Shown here piece by piece: positions 39,083-48,006 of a stretch of 64,000 nucleotides of DNA (positions within the stretch are counted from its first letter, which is position 1; each line of letters starts with the position of its first letter). The notes beneath the pieces are model-generated. The model worked only from the letters and a program-made list of their open reading frames with translations. It had not been told where the DNA came from and made no database searches. Both the position numbers and the translations under genes were made by a program. The stretch is from Nitrososphaeria archaeon (GTDB taxonomy: Archaea > Thermoproteota > Nitrososphaeria > JACIWG01): the NCBI GenBank assembly GCA_050011875.1, contig JBEKIG010000001.1, positions 131,736 to 195,735 on the forward strand, given 5' to 3'.

Positions 39083-39958
39083 CTATTTTTCAATTTATTA
39101 AGTAGGTGCGGAATATTAAGTTTTCCTATTAGTTAACCTCTAACCTTAACCCATTTTCTGTCCTACACATCTTAGAAAAATCTGTTGAGAACATTTGTTC
39201 TATTACAGTATAATCTTCCATTGTTTTACAAGACCTTAATTTGAATAACCGTTATTTAATAAACGTTTATTTGTTCTCTGATTGTTGCGATAGGAAAGCT
39301 TGGAACTGAATTGTGCAACCGCTTCAATTTTCTCAGGTATAGATTGATAGGTCGGCGATAGCGTTACCTTAATTTTTTTAACACCTCGACTTCCTGAGAG
39401 AGCTGTTGTCGCCAATTTGACAAAACAAAATCAGTTACTTTGGGTGAACTTTCCCCTAAAATCCCCAACGCCTGTCTGCATGAAAGGGATTTGCTCTTTT
39501 AGCGGTCAAATCAGGCGTTTTTGATAGCTCAAAAGTCGCCGACACAAGAGGGGGGCTTGTCTTTTTCTAGCCTTTTTAGGGGGAGCCCGTGCGTGTATAA
39601 TTAATTATAATAGGCACGCAATTTTACGGTCAATAGTGGATTGCTGTTCGCAAGCCTAACGATATTAACAATAAAGAATATTGTTAAAACGATTTACCTA
39701 ATGATTTGGTCGTTGGCCGCAGGGCTTTAAATGTCGGGAAGAACATTTATTATCGACTATGCACCTATCAACTTGGAAGAACGATGTCATCCTTTAAGGT
39801 TAATAATACGATTTTTTGATAGCATCAAACCTATAAATTTAGGCATACTCTAACCACTACATAAATATGGAACGTTAAGGTCTTTCAGATAACTGATATA
39901 CTTGGTCACTTGAACAAGAATAAAAACTTACTAAGAGATTTTGTTTTACTTAGTTAGA

Positions 39959-40018
39959 ATTTAACTTTTACTTGTGGTGTAATAATTAATTTAACTTTTA
40001 CTCTTAGAGTAATAATTA
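39959..40018. repeat. 30-bp tandem repeat ATTTAACTTTTACT-N6-GTAATAATTA (2 copies)
   Basis: Units at 39959-39988 and 39989-40018 differ only in the central 6 nt; a related inverted copy lies near 40192-40221. Confidence 0.8.
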
Positions 40019-40286
40019 TGTTCAAATGTTCAAATGTCTGTTCACCAAACGGAAAAAACATTTTCCCCTATATATAGAGGGACACGGTTGTTTTCCTAAG
40101 GAATGTTGGGCTTTATCGGGGGGAACCGCTATATAGGGACGAACGGTTTTTCTGTTTGGCGTTCGCATTAGCGATTATAAAGATGCTTAGGTAATTAATT
40201 TATACACTGAGTGTAAAAGTTTTCAGAGCAGTGTTCAGCGTGCTTCTTTATCGCTTCAAAGCTGTCTAAAAGTTCGACTACCAAGT

Positions 40287-41216
40287 TTAATCACTTTTAC
40301 GGAAATCTCTGAATCCTGAGGCGCTTGGGTTCCAGTAGTTTAAGAAAGCGTCCATCAGGTTCTTTAAGGTATCTCGGTCCTTGCCGTAGATCAGCCTTAT
40401 CGGGAGATGGAGGACCTTAATCCCATGGTTATTCCAGAGCCCGTCCTCCTTCACACGGTTAAAGACGATCTTCTTGTCAACCTGGACGCCGATGTTTCCT
40501 ATCAGAAAGTCTACTGTGTAGGGTTTCTGCTTTTTCTTTGGCAGCAGCACTTCTTCAGGGCCCGGCTGGAATGTAACCGACTTCTCAGGGTAGACCTTGA
40601 TCTCGGAAAGCATCGAAGTGAAATCTGCTACAGGGTTACTTTCAGTTTTAGGAGTTTTCGATCCCTGTCCTGAGGACTTCTTTGGGGTTATGTTTTCTAT
40701 AGCCTCTGTTGTACCCTCTGCTACACTCTGTGTAGCACCATTTTGTTTCGTTATATCCTTATGTAAAACACCTTTGCGTGATTTTGCTTTACCTCCTTTT
40801 GAACCCCGACCTTGCATTACCTCGTCTTTATACTGGGGATCTAAAAGTTCCACTATCCTGCCGTAGGAGACTTCAAGGAGCTCCGCCAGTCTTTTAGCGA
40901 CCTTACCTCTCTCGGTCTTTTCTTTGGCAACGAGCGCTTGGGCGGTGTCGTTTATCTGAGTATGCCACCAGGCTTCGTCCTTCGCTGCATGTACGTTATC
41001 GCTAATCTTCTTGAGATGGAAGTCAACGTCGTCCTCAACGACAATAACCTTCTCAGGCCAGTTTGGAACAGCCTTCTTCCTGGTTTCACCCGAGATAATA
41101 CGTCCGTTCTGATCCCTGATAACGCTGTGAAGGGATCCACGTTTAAGGTAACTTTGCCGGAGCTGTAAGAGGATATTGTCCTCAGGTCTAATTTCTTCTT
41201 TATTTTCTTCAGTCAA
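40287..41216 (-). CDS. ParB/Srx-like N-terminal domain + HTH + DUF559/Vsr-like C-terminal domain
   Basis: LRQSYLKRGSLHSVIRDQNGRIISGETRKKA (GxxR), VAKRLAELLEVSYGRI (HTH), YTVDFLIGNIGVQVD...GIKVLHL. Confidence 0.7.
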   Translation of the reverse strand: MTEENKEEIRPEDNILLQLRQSYLKRGSLHSVIRDQNGRIISGETRKKAVPNWPEKVIVVEDDVDFHLKKISDNVHAAKDEAWWHTQINDTAQALVAKEKTERGKVAKRLAELLEVSYGRIVELLDPQYKDEVMQGRGSKGGKAKSRKGVLHKDITKQNGATQSVAEGTTEAIENITPKKSSGQGSKTPKTESNPVADFTSMLSEIKVYPEKSVTFQPGPEEVLLPKKKQKPYTVDFLIGNIGVQVDKKIVFNRVKEDGLWNNHGIKVLHLPIRLIYGKDRDTLKNLMDAFLNYWNPSASGFRDFRKSD

Positions 41217-41428
41217 TCAAATGCACCTTTCCCTTTTATTTCTTCTTTCTTCTCTAAGCCCGCGCTAGGAGGCACGTAACTCGCAGAGCTTTGCATACCT
41301 TGTTGGAATGTTGTCACAATTAGTTCTTCATGAATCTCTGAAAGAGGCATTATCTCCTTAGCATAATCAGCCGCAGCTGACTCAACAGCTGTAAATTCAT
41401 TTTTACTCATTTTTTTTATCGCCATCAT
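41213..41428 (-). CDS. Small hypothetical protein
   Basis: 71 aa; stop overlaps the start of the ParB-like gene. Confidence 0.6.
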   Translation of the reverse strand: MMAIKKMSKNEFTAVESAAADYAKEIMPLSEIHEELIVTTFQQGMQSSASYVPPSAGLEKKEEIKGKGAFD

Positions 41429-41480
41429 AGTTAAGCAGAACGTACATTTTATATACTAATATTATACCACTATACCAGTT

Positions 41481-42074
41481 ATGGACCACCTTTCTATAGA
41501 TAGGATATCAGACAAGATTTTAGAAATCGTGAGAAAAGAGCCAGGCATCTCATCTAATGAACTCGTGAGGCAGATGGAAGAAGAGGCAAGTAGAGTAAGT
41601 ATCTTCAAGAAATTAAAAATTCTCGAAGAATCTGGACTAGTGAAGATAATCAAACGTAGAAAAGGTCAAAAATCATTCATTTACGAAGGAGAAACCTTCA
41701 AAATATTTGAACGTATAAAGGAAATTAGTAATGAAGTTTTAGAAATTTACAGAGACATTTCAAGAGTGTATGGAGGGGAACTGATGAATAAGGAAAAGAG
41801 TAAAGAAGAATTAACTCAAGAGCTGCAAAGAGCTAATGCACTTGCTAATAAGGTTCTATTTCCGCTTAGATTTTTTCCTTCGGGTAGTTTGGGAATGGTG
41901 ATCAATAATTTGATTTCAGAAATTGAAAAAGAAATATTCGTTGAATCAGTGACAGCTCTTGACTTTAAAGAAGAAGCGGTTCGAATTCCTGAACTTGTAG
42001 GACCATCTTTAACAGAACTTAGAGAACTCCATAGAGAAGTTTTGAAGGGAAACAATAGTAACAGGGAAAAATAG
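41481..42074 (+). CDS. Winged-HTH transcriptional regulator
   Basis: ILEIVRKEPGISSNELVRQM...SRVSIFKKLKILEESGLV. Confidence 0.85.
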   Translation: MDHLSIDRISDKILEIVRKEPGISSNELVRQMEEEASRVSIFKKLKILEESGLVKIIKRRKGQKSFIYEGETFKIFERIKEISNEVLEIYRDISRVYGGELMNKEKSKEELTQELQRANALANKVLFPLRFFPSGSLGMVINNLISEIEKEIFVESVTALDFKEEAVRIPELVGPSLTELRELHREVLKGNNSNREK

Positions 42075-42137
42075 ATTATGTCAAGAGTTATTAATTATCC
42101 CATAAAAGTTTAAAACTTTAGTCTAAATAATATTTGT

Positions 42138-42932
42138 ATGGATGCTAAATACGAATCTGTTAAGGACTTGTTCAAGTTGGATGGAAAGAAAGCTATCATA
42201 ACAGGAGCAGGAAGCGGAATCGGCAGATCTATTGCATTTGGTTTAGCAGAATATGGAGTCGACGTCGCACTGTTTGGGCGCACTTCTGAAAAACTGATAA
42301 AGGTGCAGCAAGAAATAGAAGAAAAGTTCCCCACAAAAACACTGGTAGTTAACATGGACGTGCTGGACTCAAGGCGGATAGGTGAATCTGTGCGGGAAGT
42401 GATTGAAGAGTTTGGTAAAATAGACATCCTAGTAAACAGTCACGGTATCGGACAATGGGTCAAAGCTGAGGAGATGACGGAGAAAGATTGGGATACGATG
42501 ATTGACACAAATTTGAAGGGAGTTTTCTTCATGTGCCAAGCTGTCGCTCAACAGATGATAAAGCAAAAGGGAGGAAAAATAATAACAATCTCATCTATTT
42601 CTGGTATGATTGCCAACAGGCCACAAAGTCAAGCACACTATAATACAGCTAAGGCTGGTGTCCTAAATTTGACAAAATGTCTGGCTGTAGAATGGGCTAA
42701 GTATAACATAAACGTGAACTGTATCAGCCCTGGATATACGCTGACAGCGATGATTGAGAGAAGGTTCAAGACTAATCCGGAGATGGAAGGTATTTGGAAA
42801 TCATACGTGCCTCTAGGGCGTGTAGCTGAGCCAATAGAAATGGTTGGTGCGGCGATCTTCTTAGCTTCAAAGGCTTCAAGTTATATTACAGGAACCAACA
42901 TAGTGGTAGACGGTGGATACACTGCTTGGTAA
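42138..42932 (+). CDS. Short-chain dehydrogenase/reductase (polyol/sugar reductase-like)
   Basis: TGAGSGIG, SISG, PQSQAHYNTAK (YxxxK), VDGGY. Confidence 0.95.
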   Translation: MDAKYESVKDLFKLDGKKAIITGAGSGIGRSIAFGLAEYGVDVALFGRTSEKLIKVQQEIEEKFPTKTLVVNMDVLDSRRIGESVREVIEEFGKIDILVNSHGIGQWVKAEEMTEKDWDTMIDTNLKGVFFMCQAVAQQMIKQKGGKIITISSISGMIANRPQSQAHYNTAKAGVLNLTKCLAVEWAKYNINVNCISPGYTLTAMIERRFKTNPEMEGIWKSYVPLGRVAEPIEMVGAAIFLASKASSYITGTNIVVDGGYTAW

Positions 42933-43144
42933 TAAGAAAAGGGTCTGTCCGAAAGAACGTTCATAGAATAAATAGGTCTTCCCTTGCGTTTAAGAAAAAT
43001 AAAGGTTAGCAGATATCTTAAAAATCTTGTTCATATATATATTAGAACAAGAAGTCACTAAATAAGATAATAACGTTCTTTCTTCAACTAGAGTTTTTGC
43101 AAAAATATTACAAAGTAAGGGATCTACCGCTACGCACGTGTAAG

Positions 43145-44659
43145 TTAGAGATAACTCACATTTTCTAAGTGCTGCTTGATCCTATTTTCAATTTCGTCAA
43201 GTTGTGTCTCCCAGGTATTTGTTAAATATTCTATGTCCTCTTCAACGGTTCCTATGTATTTTTCTGGTGAGAGCAAAACTGTTCTATCAGCAATACTTAG
43301 ACTTGTGAGCATGTCGCTGATTAGACTATCATCTTTTATTATAGAAAGAAAGTTTATATTTTCATTTACAGCCCTGTCTGACAATTTTCTAACGTATTCA
43401 TGTGTGTCAATATCAAGGTTCTTCTTGATGCAATAGACCTGCAACGCCAGTTGAACCGGTTCAGCCGATATGAGACCCTTAGTCATGCTAAGGTTCTCCA
43501 TCATTTTCTCTCTTCTTATCGTCATATTTTTGGCGATCTTTGCAGATCTACGTAACATATGATATGTGATAAATGGAATTTCACTTCCATAGTATCTTAG
43601 ATTTGATGAGGATCTTAAATCCCTCTGGAAGTCGGTAACGAAATCTTCATACACGCTGATAATTTTTGGTAAAATTTGCCTCCAGTGGCCCCCAATATTT
43701 TCCGAGTCGATCGGATTTCTTTTGTGGGCCCCGGTGGAGGAACCAACCTGCTCCGACAGTCTCTGTTCACATATTTCGCTTACTTCTGTCTGCTGAAAGT
43801 TTCTTATATCCTCACCGAACTTCGCCAGATTGCCAGCTATCCCTATCAAGTTACTAAAATACGGCATATAGTATGTTTGATGGACCACTTGACCGGTTAA
43901 AGGGTCAGGCAGTAAATGCATTAAAGACAATGTCTCCTTCTCCAATTTCCGAGGGTGAACTTTTTCACCGAAGAGGAGTTTTTGAGCTGCCGATGTTCCG
44001 ACGAACCCTGAAACTTTTCCCCTAAGGTTGTCTGAAAGATTAAGCTGTTCCCCAAGCAGCGGCATTACACCGCCAAGTATTTCTAAAAGCCAGTGTCCGA
44101 CGGTCGTGGGGGCAGCATGCTGCTTATGCGTTCGCCCGACAAGAATAGTTTTTTTCTCTTCTCGCGCTCTCTTTATTAGAATCCGAGATAATTCTACTCC
44201 CTTTGGCACGATTACTTCGTATGAGACATCCCTCAAAGCCGCGCTCCACGCAGAATTGACGACATCGTAACTTGTGAGACCAAGATATATGTAATATCTT
44301 GCTTCCCTACTTAAAACCTCCTGGCTAGCCCTGATAAGACCCCTTATATCATGTCTTAACTTATCCTCCCATTCCTGCTGTCGCCTATAAGGCACGTTCT
44401 TTCCGTTAAGCTTTTGAACTATTTCAGCCGTAATTCTACTCGGAATAACCCCATATTTACCCAACACGTTGACATACGATTTTATGAAGATCAGCTGGTA
44501 CTCGTAAATAGCTCGGGGAGAAAGGTACTGTACAATTTCAGGTTCCTCTAATTTTTCCCAATCAATATACCTTGCATAGGAAGAAGGCAAGTACTCCTCG
44601 AATTCGGTTACGCTACGACCTTTCGATTTTAGCTCTTCAAGAGATATTGGTGCGGGCAA
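43145..44659 (-). CDS. purB: Adenylosuccinate lyase (divergent)
   Basis: RHD, GLTSYD, GRTHKQHA, GSSTGAHKRNP signature, QRDL; within the purine cluster. Confidence 0.88.
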   Translation of the reverse strand: MPAPISLEELKSKGRSVTEFEEYLPSSYARYIDWEKLEEPEIVQYLSPRAIYEYQLIFIKSYVNVLGKYGVIPSRITAEIVQKLNGKNVPYRRQQEWEDKLRHDIRGLIRASQEVLSREARYYIYLGLTSYDVVNSAWSAALRDVSYEVIVPKGVELSRILIKRAREEKKTILVGRTHKQHAAPTTVGHWLLEILGGVMPLLGEQLNLSDNLRGKVSGFVGTSAAQKLLFGEKVHPRKLEKETLSLMHLLPDPLTGQVVHQTYYMPYFSNLIGIAGNLAKFGEDIRNFQQTEVSEICEQRLSEQVGSSTGAHKRNPIDSENIGGHWRQILPKIISVYEDFVTDFQRDLRSSSNLRYYGSEIPFITYHMLRRSAKIAKNMTIRREKMMENLSMTKGLISAEPVQLALQVYCIKKNLDIDTHEYVRKLSDRAVNENINFLSIIKDDSLISDMLTSLSIADRTVLLSPEKYIGTVEEDIEYLTNTWETQLDEIENRIKQHLENVSYL

Positions 44660-44662
44660 ACA

Positions 44663-46072
44663 CTAACCTCCACGTCCTGATTCAGGGTTAGTTCTAGACA
44701 AATATAACTTCTCTACCTCCTCTAAATTTTTCAAATCCAATCTTTCAATACTTACATTATTGACGAACACCTGATAGACGCCGTCAAGTCTTTTCTTTAT
44801 TTCAGCCACGACTGCAGCCGGTATCTCAGGTAGTGGATTAGGAGGGTTACCGGGGTCGATATATGAATCTAAAAGGAACTGTCTGTAAAACTCCTTGTCC
44901 AAACACCATCCTTCCTGCCTTTTCCCAATGTTATTTTTCCAGAGTTCTTGAACCCAGATCCTAGCCGAATCATGATTTGGTGCTTCATCAATTTGAATGA
45001 ATTCTCCCTTGTATCTTCCGAACTCTATTTTAAAGTCTGGAATCAGAAGCCTCCTCTGCTTAGCTGTTTTCGAGTAGAACTCGTAGAGCTTAAAAGATGC
45101 TTCTGAAAGAGCATCCCATTCATAAGATTTTATTAAGCCGATGCCCACTGCTTTCTGTCTGTCGATGGGAACATCGTGACCGACGTCGGCTTTCGTGGTT
45201 GGAGTTAGCATAGGTTCATCCAATTCTTCTGCAAGATGGAGGCCATTCCGGAGCTTATATCCATATAGAACTCTCTCTCCCTTGGAGTAATCCCGAAACA
45301 TAGAGCCGTAAAGGTGACTTCTTACAACCCATTCTATGTCTATTCTTTTCGCTCTGTAGGCCAGCATCATTGTTAAATCAGGAGTGTCTATGAAGTGGTT
45401 GGGAAAAATGTTCTTGGTTCTTCTAAACCACCACGCGGATAAAAGATTCAGGGAAGCCCCTTTTCCCTCTATTTCAGTTAGAGAATTAACGTCAAAGGCC
45501 GATATTCTGTCGCTAGAGTTTATAAGCAGTTTATCTCCGAGCTCGTAAACGTCTCTAACCTTCCCTTTCTTGAAAAGGGGCAATCCAAGAGGCGAGCTGA
45601 GACCCTTATCCTGGTTGTCTGTCAGATATGTTTCCACGATTTTCATCTTTCTTTCTGATAATTCCCTTTCAGAGTAGACCGGTTTCGAAGTTTCCTTCAG
45701 TAACTGCAGTATTTCTTCACGTTCTTTTATTAGCACTACTCTTATACCGGATGGAAGTTTAGTGCTCGAAAAGACTTTACTTTCACCGTACTTTCCTAGG
45801 TCAGGTGGAAAAGCATAAACGGGTTTTGTGGTGTTAGCCGCAACAGATCCCGACAGTGCATCTGAAAGCCCGGCTACTGTAATGAACGCCGATACATCGT
45901 CAGATCTGTTATATTCTTCTATAATTTTCTGAAGATGACATGGAGTTCTGTGGGCAGAAGCAGTCCTCTGTATTACGTGCACTCCTTTATCTTCCAGATA
46001 GGCGCCTAGACTTCGGCAGAATTCCTTATCGGAGCGCGAACCTTTGATGATTACAACGTTAAGTTTAGCCAT
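44663..46072 (-). CDS. purC: PurE-PurC fusion (AIR carboxylase/mutase + SAICAR synthetase)
   Basis: N-terminal GSRSD, SAHRTP, AGLSDAL (PurE); C-terminal KGKVRDVY, SDRISAFD, PTTK, DFKIEFG, DKE (PurC). Confidence 0.9.
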   Translation of the reverse strand: MAKLNVVIIKGSRSDKEFCRSLGAYLEDKGVHVIQRTASAHRTPCHLQKIIEEYNRSDDVSAFITVAGLSDALSGSVAANTTKPVYAFPPDLGKYGESKVFSSTKLPSGIRVVLIKEREEILQLLKETSKPVYSERELSERKMKIVETYLTDNQDKGLSSPLGLPLFKKGKVRDVYELGDKLLINSSDRISAFDVNSLTEIEGKGASLNLLSAWWFRRTKNIFPNHFIDTPDLTMMLAYRAKRIDIEWVVRSHLYGSMFRDYSKGERVLYGYKLRNGLHLAEELDEPMLTPTTKADVGHDVPIDRQKAVGIGLIKSYEWDALSEASFKLYEFYSKTAKQRRLLIPDFKIEFGRYKGEFIQIDEAPNHDSARIWVQELWKNNIGKRQEGWCLDKEFYRQFLLDSYIDPGNPPNPLPEIPAAVVAEIKKRLDGVYQVFVNNVSIERLDLKNLEEVEKLYLSRTNPESGRGG

Positions 46073-46122
46073 TTGCTGTATCCTCCACTCATTAGAGATC
46101 TGATATATTCTTTCCCCGCATT

Positions 46123-47205
46123 TTAAAGTTTCACCACATTTTTGCTGAACGGTGATTCAATTCTTATGACCGGATTACCTGCTTTTACCTTACCTATGAT
46201 GTCGGATGAATAGTATTTGTTCAGTATTTTGACGGCGTCCCTTGCAACATCACCTTTTATAGAAACAACATACCCTATACCGCAATTAAATCTGGAAAGC
46301 ATTTCAGTATCGTTCATATGGGATTCGTCATATATGAATTGAAAGATCTTCTGAGGAACAAGCCCATGCTCTTTAAAGACTTCGTAAGAAACTGTTTTCT
46401 TGGAAAGTTCCCTGAGCTTGCTGAACCCTCCTCCTGTGATGTGAACTTTACCAGTTATTTCTTTTCTAAAGCTCTTGTTCAATTCTCTCAAAGCTTCGAT
46501 ATAGATCCTAGTCGGTTTTACCAGCTCAGTTCCAAGAGTGCTATTTGAGTCAAGTTCATAATCGAGACCTTTTCTAGGCAAGATCTTTTCCCTCACAAAC
46601 GTTAATCCATTTGAATGGATGCCATTACTTGATATCCCAATCAGCGTGTCACCTTCTCCTGCATGGGGCACTAAAACGTCTTTGGGATCTGCATACCCAG
46701 TTGCAGTGACAGAAAATTCCATTCCTCCGATAGTATTACATATGGCCGTTTCACCTCCGTCAATAATTATGGGTATCATTACACCAGCTGGAGTTTTCCA
46801 TTTATATTTGACGCACAAGCTCTTAAGTGAACTTATGGACTCCAAGATGGCAGCTAGATTTTCTTCTTGGAGGATGAGATGGCTTTGAATCTTGTAAGGT
46901 TGAAAGTTATGCTCGTATAGGTCGTCAACTGTCATAGCAAATGGATTACTTCCTGATTCACTGAACTTTTTCAGAGCCCATATAAGGTAGCCTTTGGTTC
47001 CTGTTCCATCGGTGACAGTCATCTTTTCTGAGCTTCTGAGGGGCTCCGAATATTCTGTTATTGAATACCTCTTACCGATCCTTTTAACGGAGATTTCCCG
47101 CGCAGCCTTCGTCCCGGGTTTTATATGAGTCTCCTCTATTATTTCCCTTATCTTTTCGCCAAAAAATTTTTCTGGGCTGTAAACCTTGTTTACCAAAATA
47201 GTCAC
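46123..47205 (-). CDS. purM: Phosphoribosylformylglycinamidine cyclo-ligase (AIR synthetase), divergent
   Basis: TDGTGTK, AMTVDD, GGETA, SNGIHSNG, PTRIY, HITGGG, FNCGIG. Confidence 0.9.
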   Translation of the reverse strand: MTILVNKVYSPEKFFGEKIREIIEETHIKPGTKAAREISVKRIGKRYSITEYSEPLRSSEKMTVTDGTGTKGYLIWALKKFSESGSNPFAMTVDDLYEHNFQPYKIQSHLILQEENLAAILESISSLKSLCVKYKWKTPAGVMIPIIIDGGETAICNTIGGMEFSVTATGYADPKDVLVPHAGEGDTLIGISSNGIHSNGLTFVREKILPRKGLDYELDSNSTLGTELVKPTRIYIEALRELNKSFRKEITGKVHITGGGFSKLRELSKKTVSYEVFKEHGLVPQKIFQFIYDESHMNDTEMLSRFNCGIGYVVSIKGDVARDAVKILNKYYSSDIIGKVKAGNPVIRIESPFSKNVVKL

Positions 47206-48006
47206 TTATCTAAAGTTCTCCTCAATATATTGAACTGCATTTTTGAATATTGATATCCCTTGAGGGAGTTCCCTTTTTTCAAATGATGTCATTCTATGAT
47301 ATCTTGGATGATTACACATGTTCAGAAAGGCTGTTGGATGAGGCATCAGCCCGAACACTCTACCTGTTAAATCACAAAGGCCTGCAACAGATTCGATGGA
47401 GCCGTTTGGATTAAAAGGATGCTGCATGGTTGGAACGTTGTTGTCATCAACATATTGCATAACGATCTGATTATTTTCTTCTATTTTCTTGAGCACAGAT
47501 TGATTGGCTGGAAAGAATTTTCCTTCACCATGTCTAACTGGTAGGTACATGCTTTTAATGCCGGCGGTAAACACGCACCTTGATCTTGGATTTATCCTTA
47601 AATTCACCCATCTATCTTCAAAGACACCGGAATCGTTGCTCATCAAAGTAACAGTCTGTTCCGTTTTATCCCCTTCTGACCATGGTAGAATTGCGGATTT
47701 CACCATAGCTTGGAACCCGTTGCATTCACCAAAAATCAGTTTCCCATCGCATAGAAAATTTTTGATGCTTTCACCTAGTCTCAATCTGTAAAGGTTTCCT
47801 AAAACTTTTCCAGCTGAGATGTGATCCCCAAAGGAAAAGCCTCCGACAAGAGCTAGAAGGTGATATTCTAAAAGAAGTTTAGGGCGCTCAAAGAGCTGCT
47901 TCAGATGAACCTTGTCGACATTGGCACCCGCCAGCTCAAAAGCGTATCTTGTTTCATCTTCACAGTTTAAACCGAATCCGTATGGAATCAGTATTTTCGT
48001 TTTCAT
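47206..48006 (-). CDS. purQ: FGAM synthase glutaminase subunit
   Basis: GLNCEDE, GGFSFGD, ECNGFQ, HGEG, GLMPHP. Confidence 0.93.
   Translation of the reverse strand: MKTKILIPYGFGLNCEDETRYAFELAGANVDKVHLKQLFERPKLLLEYHLLALVGGFSFGDHISAGKVLGNLYRLRLGESIKNFLCDGKLIFGECNGFQAMVKSAILPWSEGDKTEQTVTLMSNDSGVFEDRWVNLRINPRSRCVFTAGIKSMYLPVRHGEGKFFPANQSVLKKIEENNQIVMQYVDDNNVPTMQHPFNPNGSIESVAGLCDLTGRVFGLMPHPTAFLNMCNHPRYHRMTSFEKRELPQGISIFKNAVQYIEENFR

Larger units (their letters stand above)
23736..42100. mobile_element. Probable decayed integrative element / defence island (boundaries approximate)
   Basis: tRNA 3'-end-like sequence at the left edge, AT-rich orphan genes, type I RM, ParB-like protein, HTH regulator, virus/plasmid-like small-gene array, gene fragments; no intact integrase or second att copy found. 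Confidence 0.55.
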
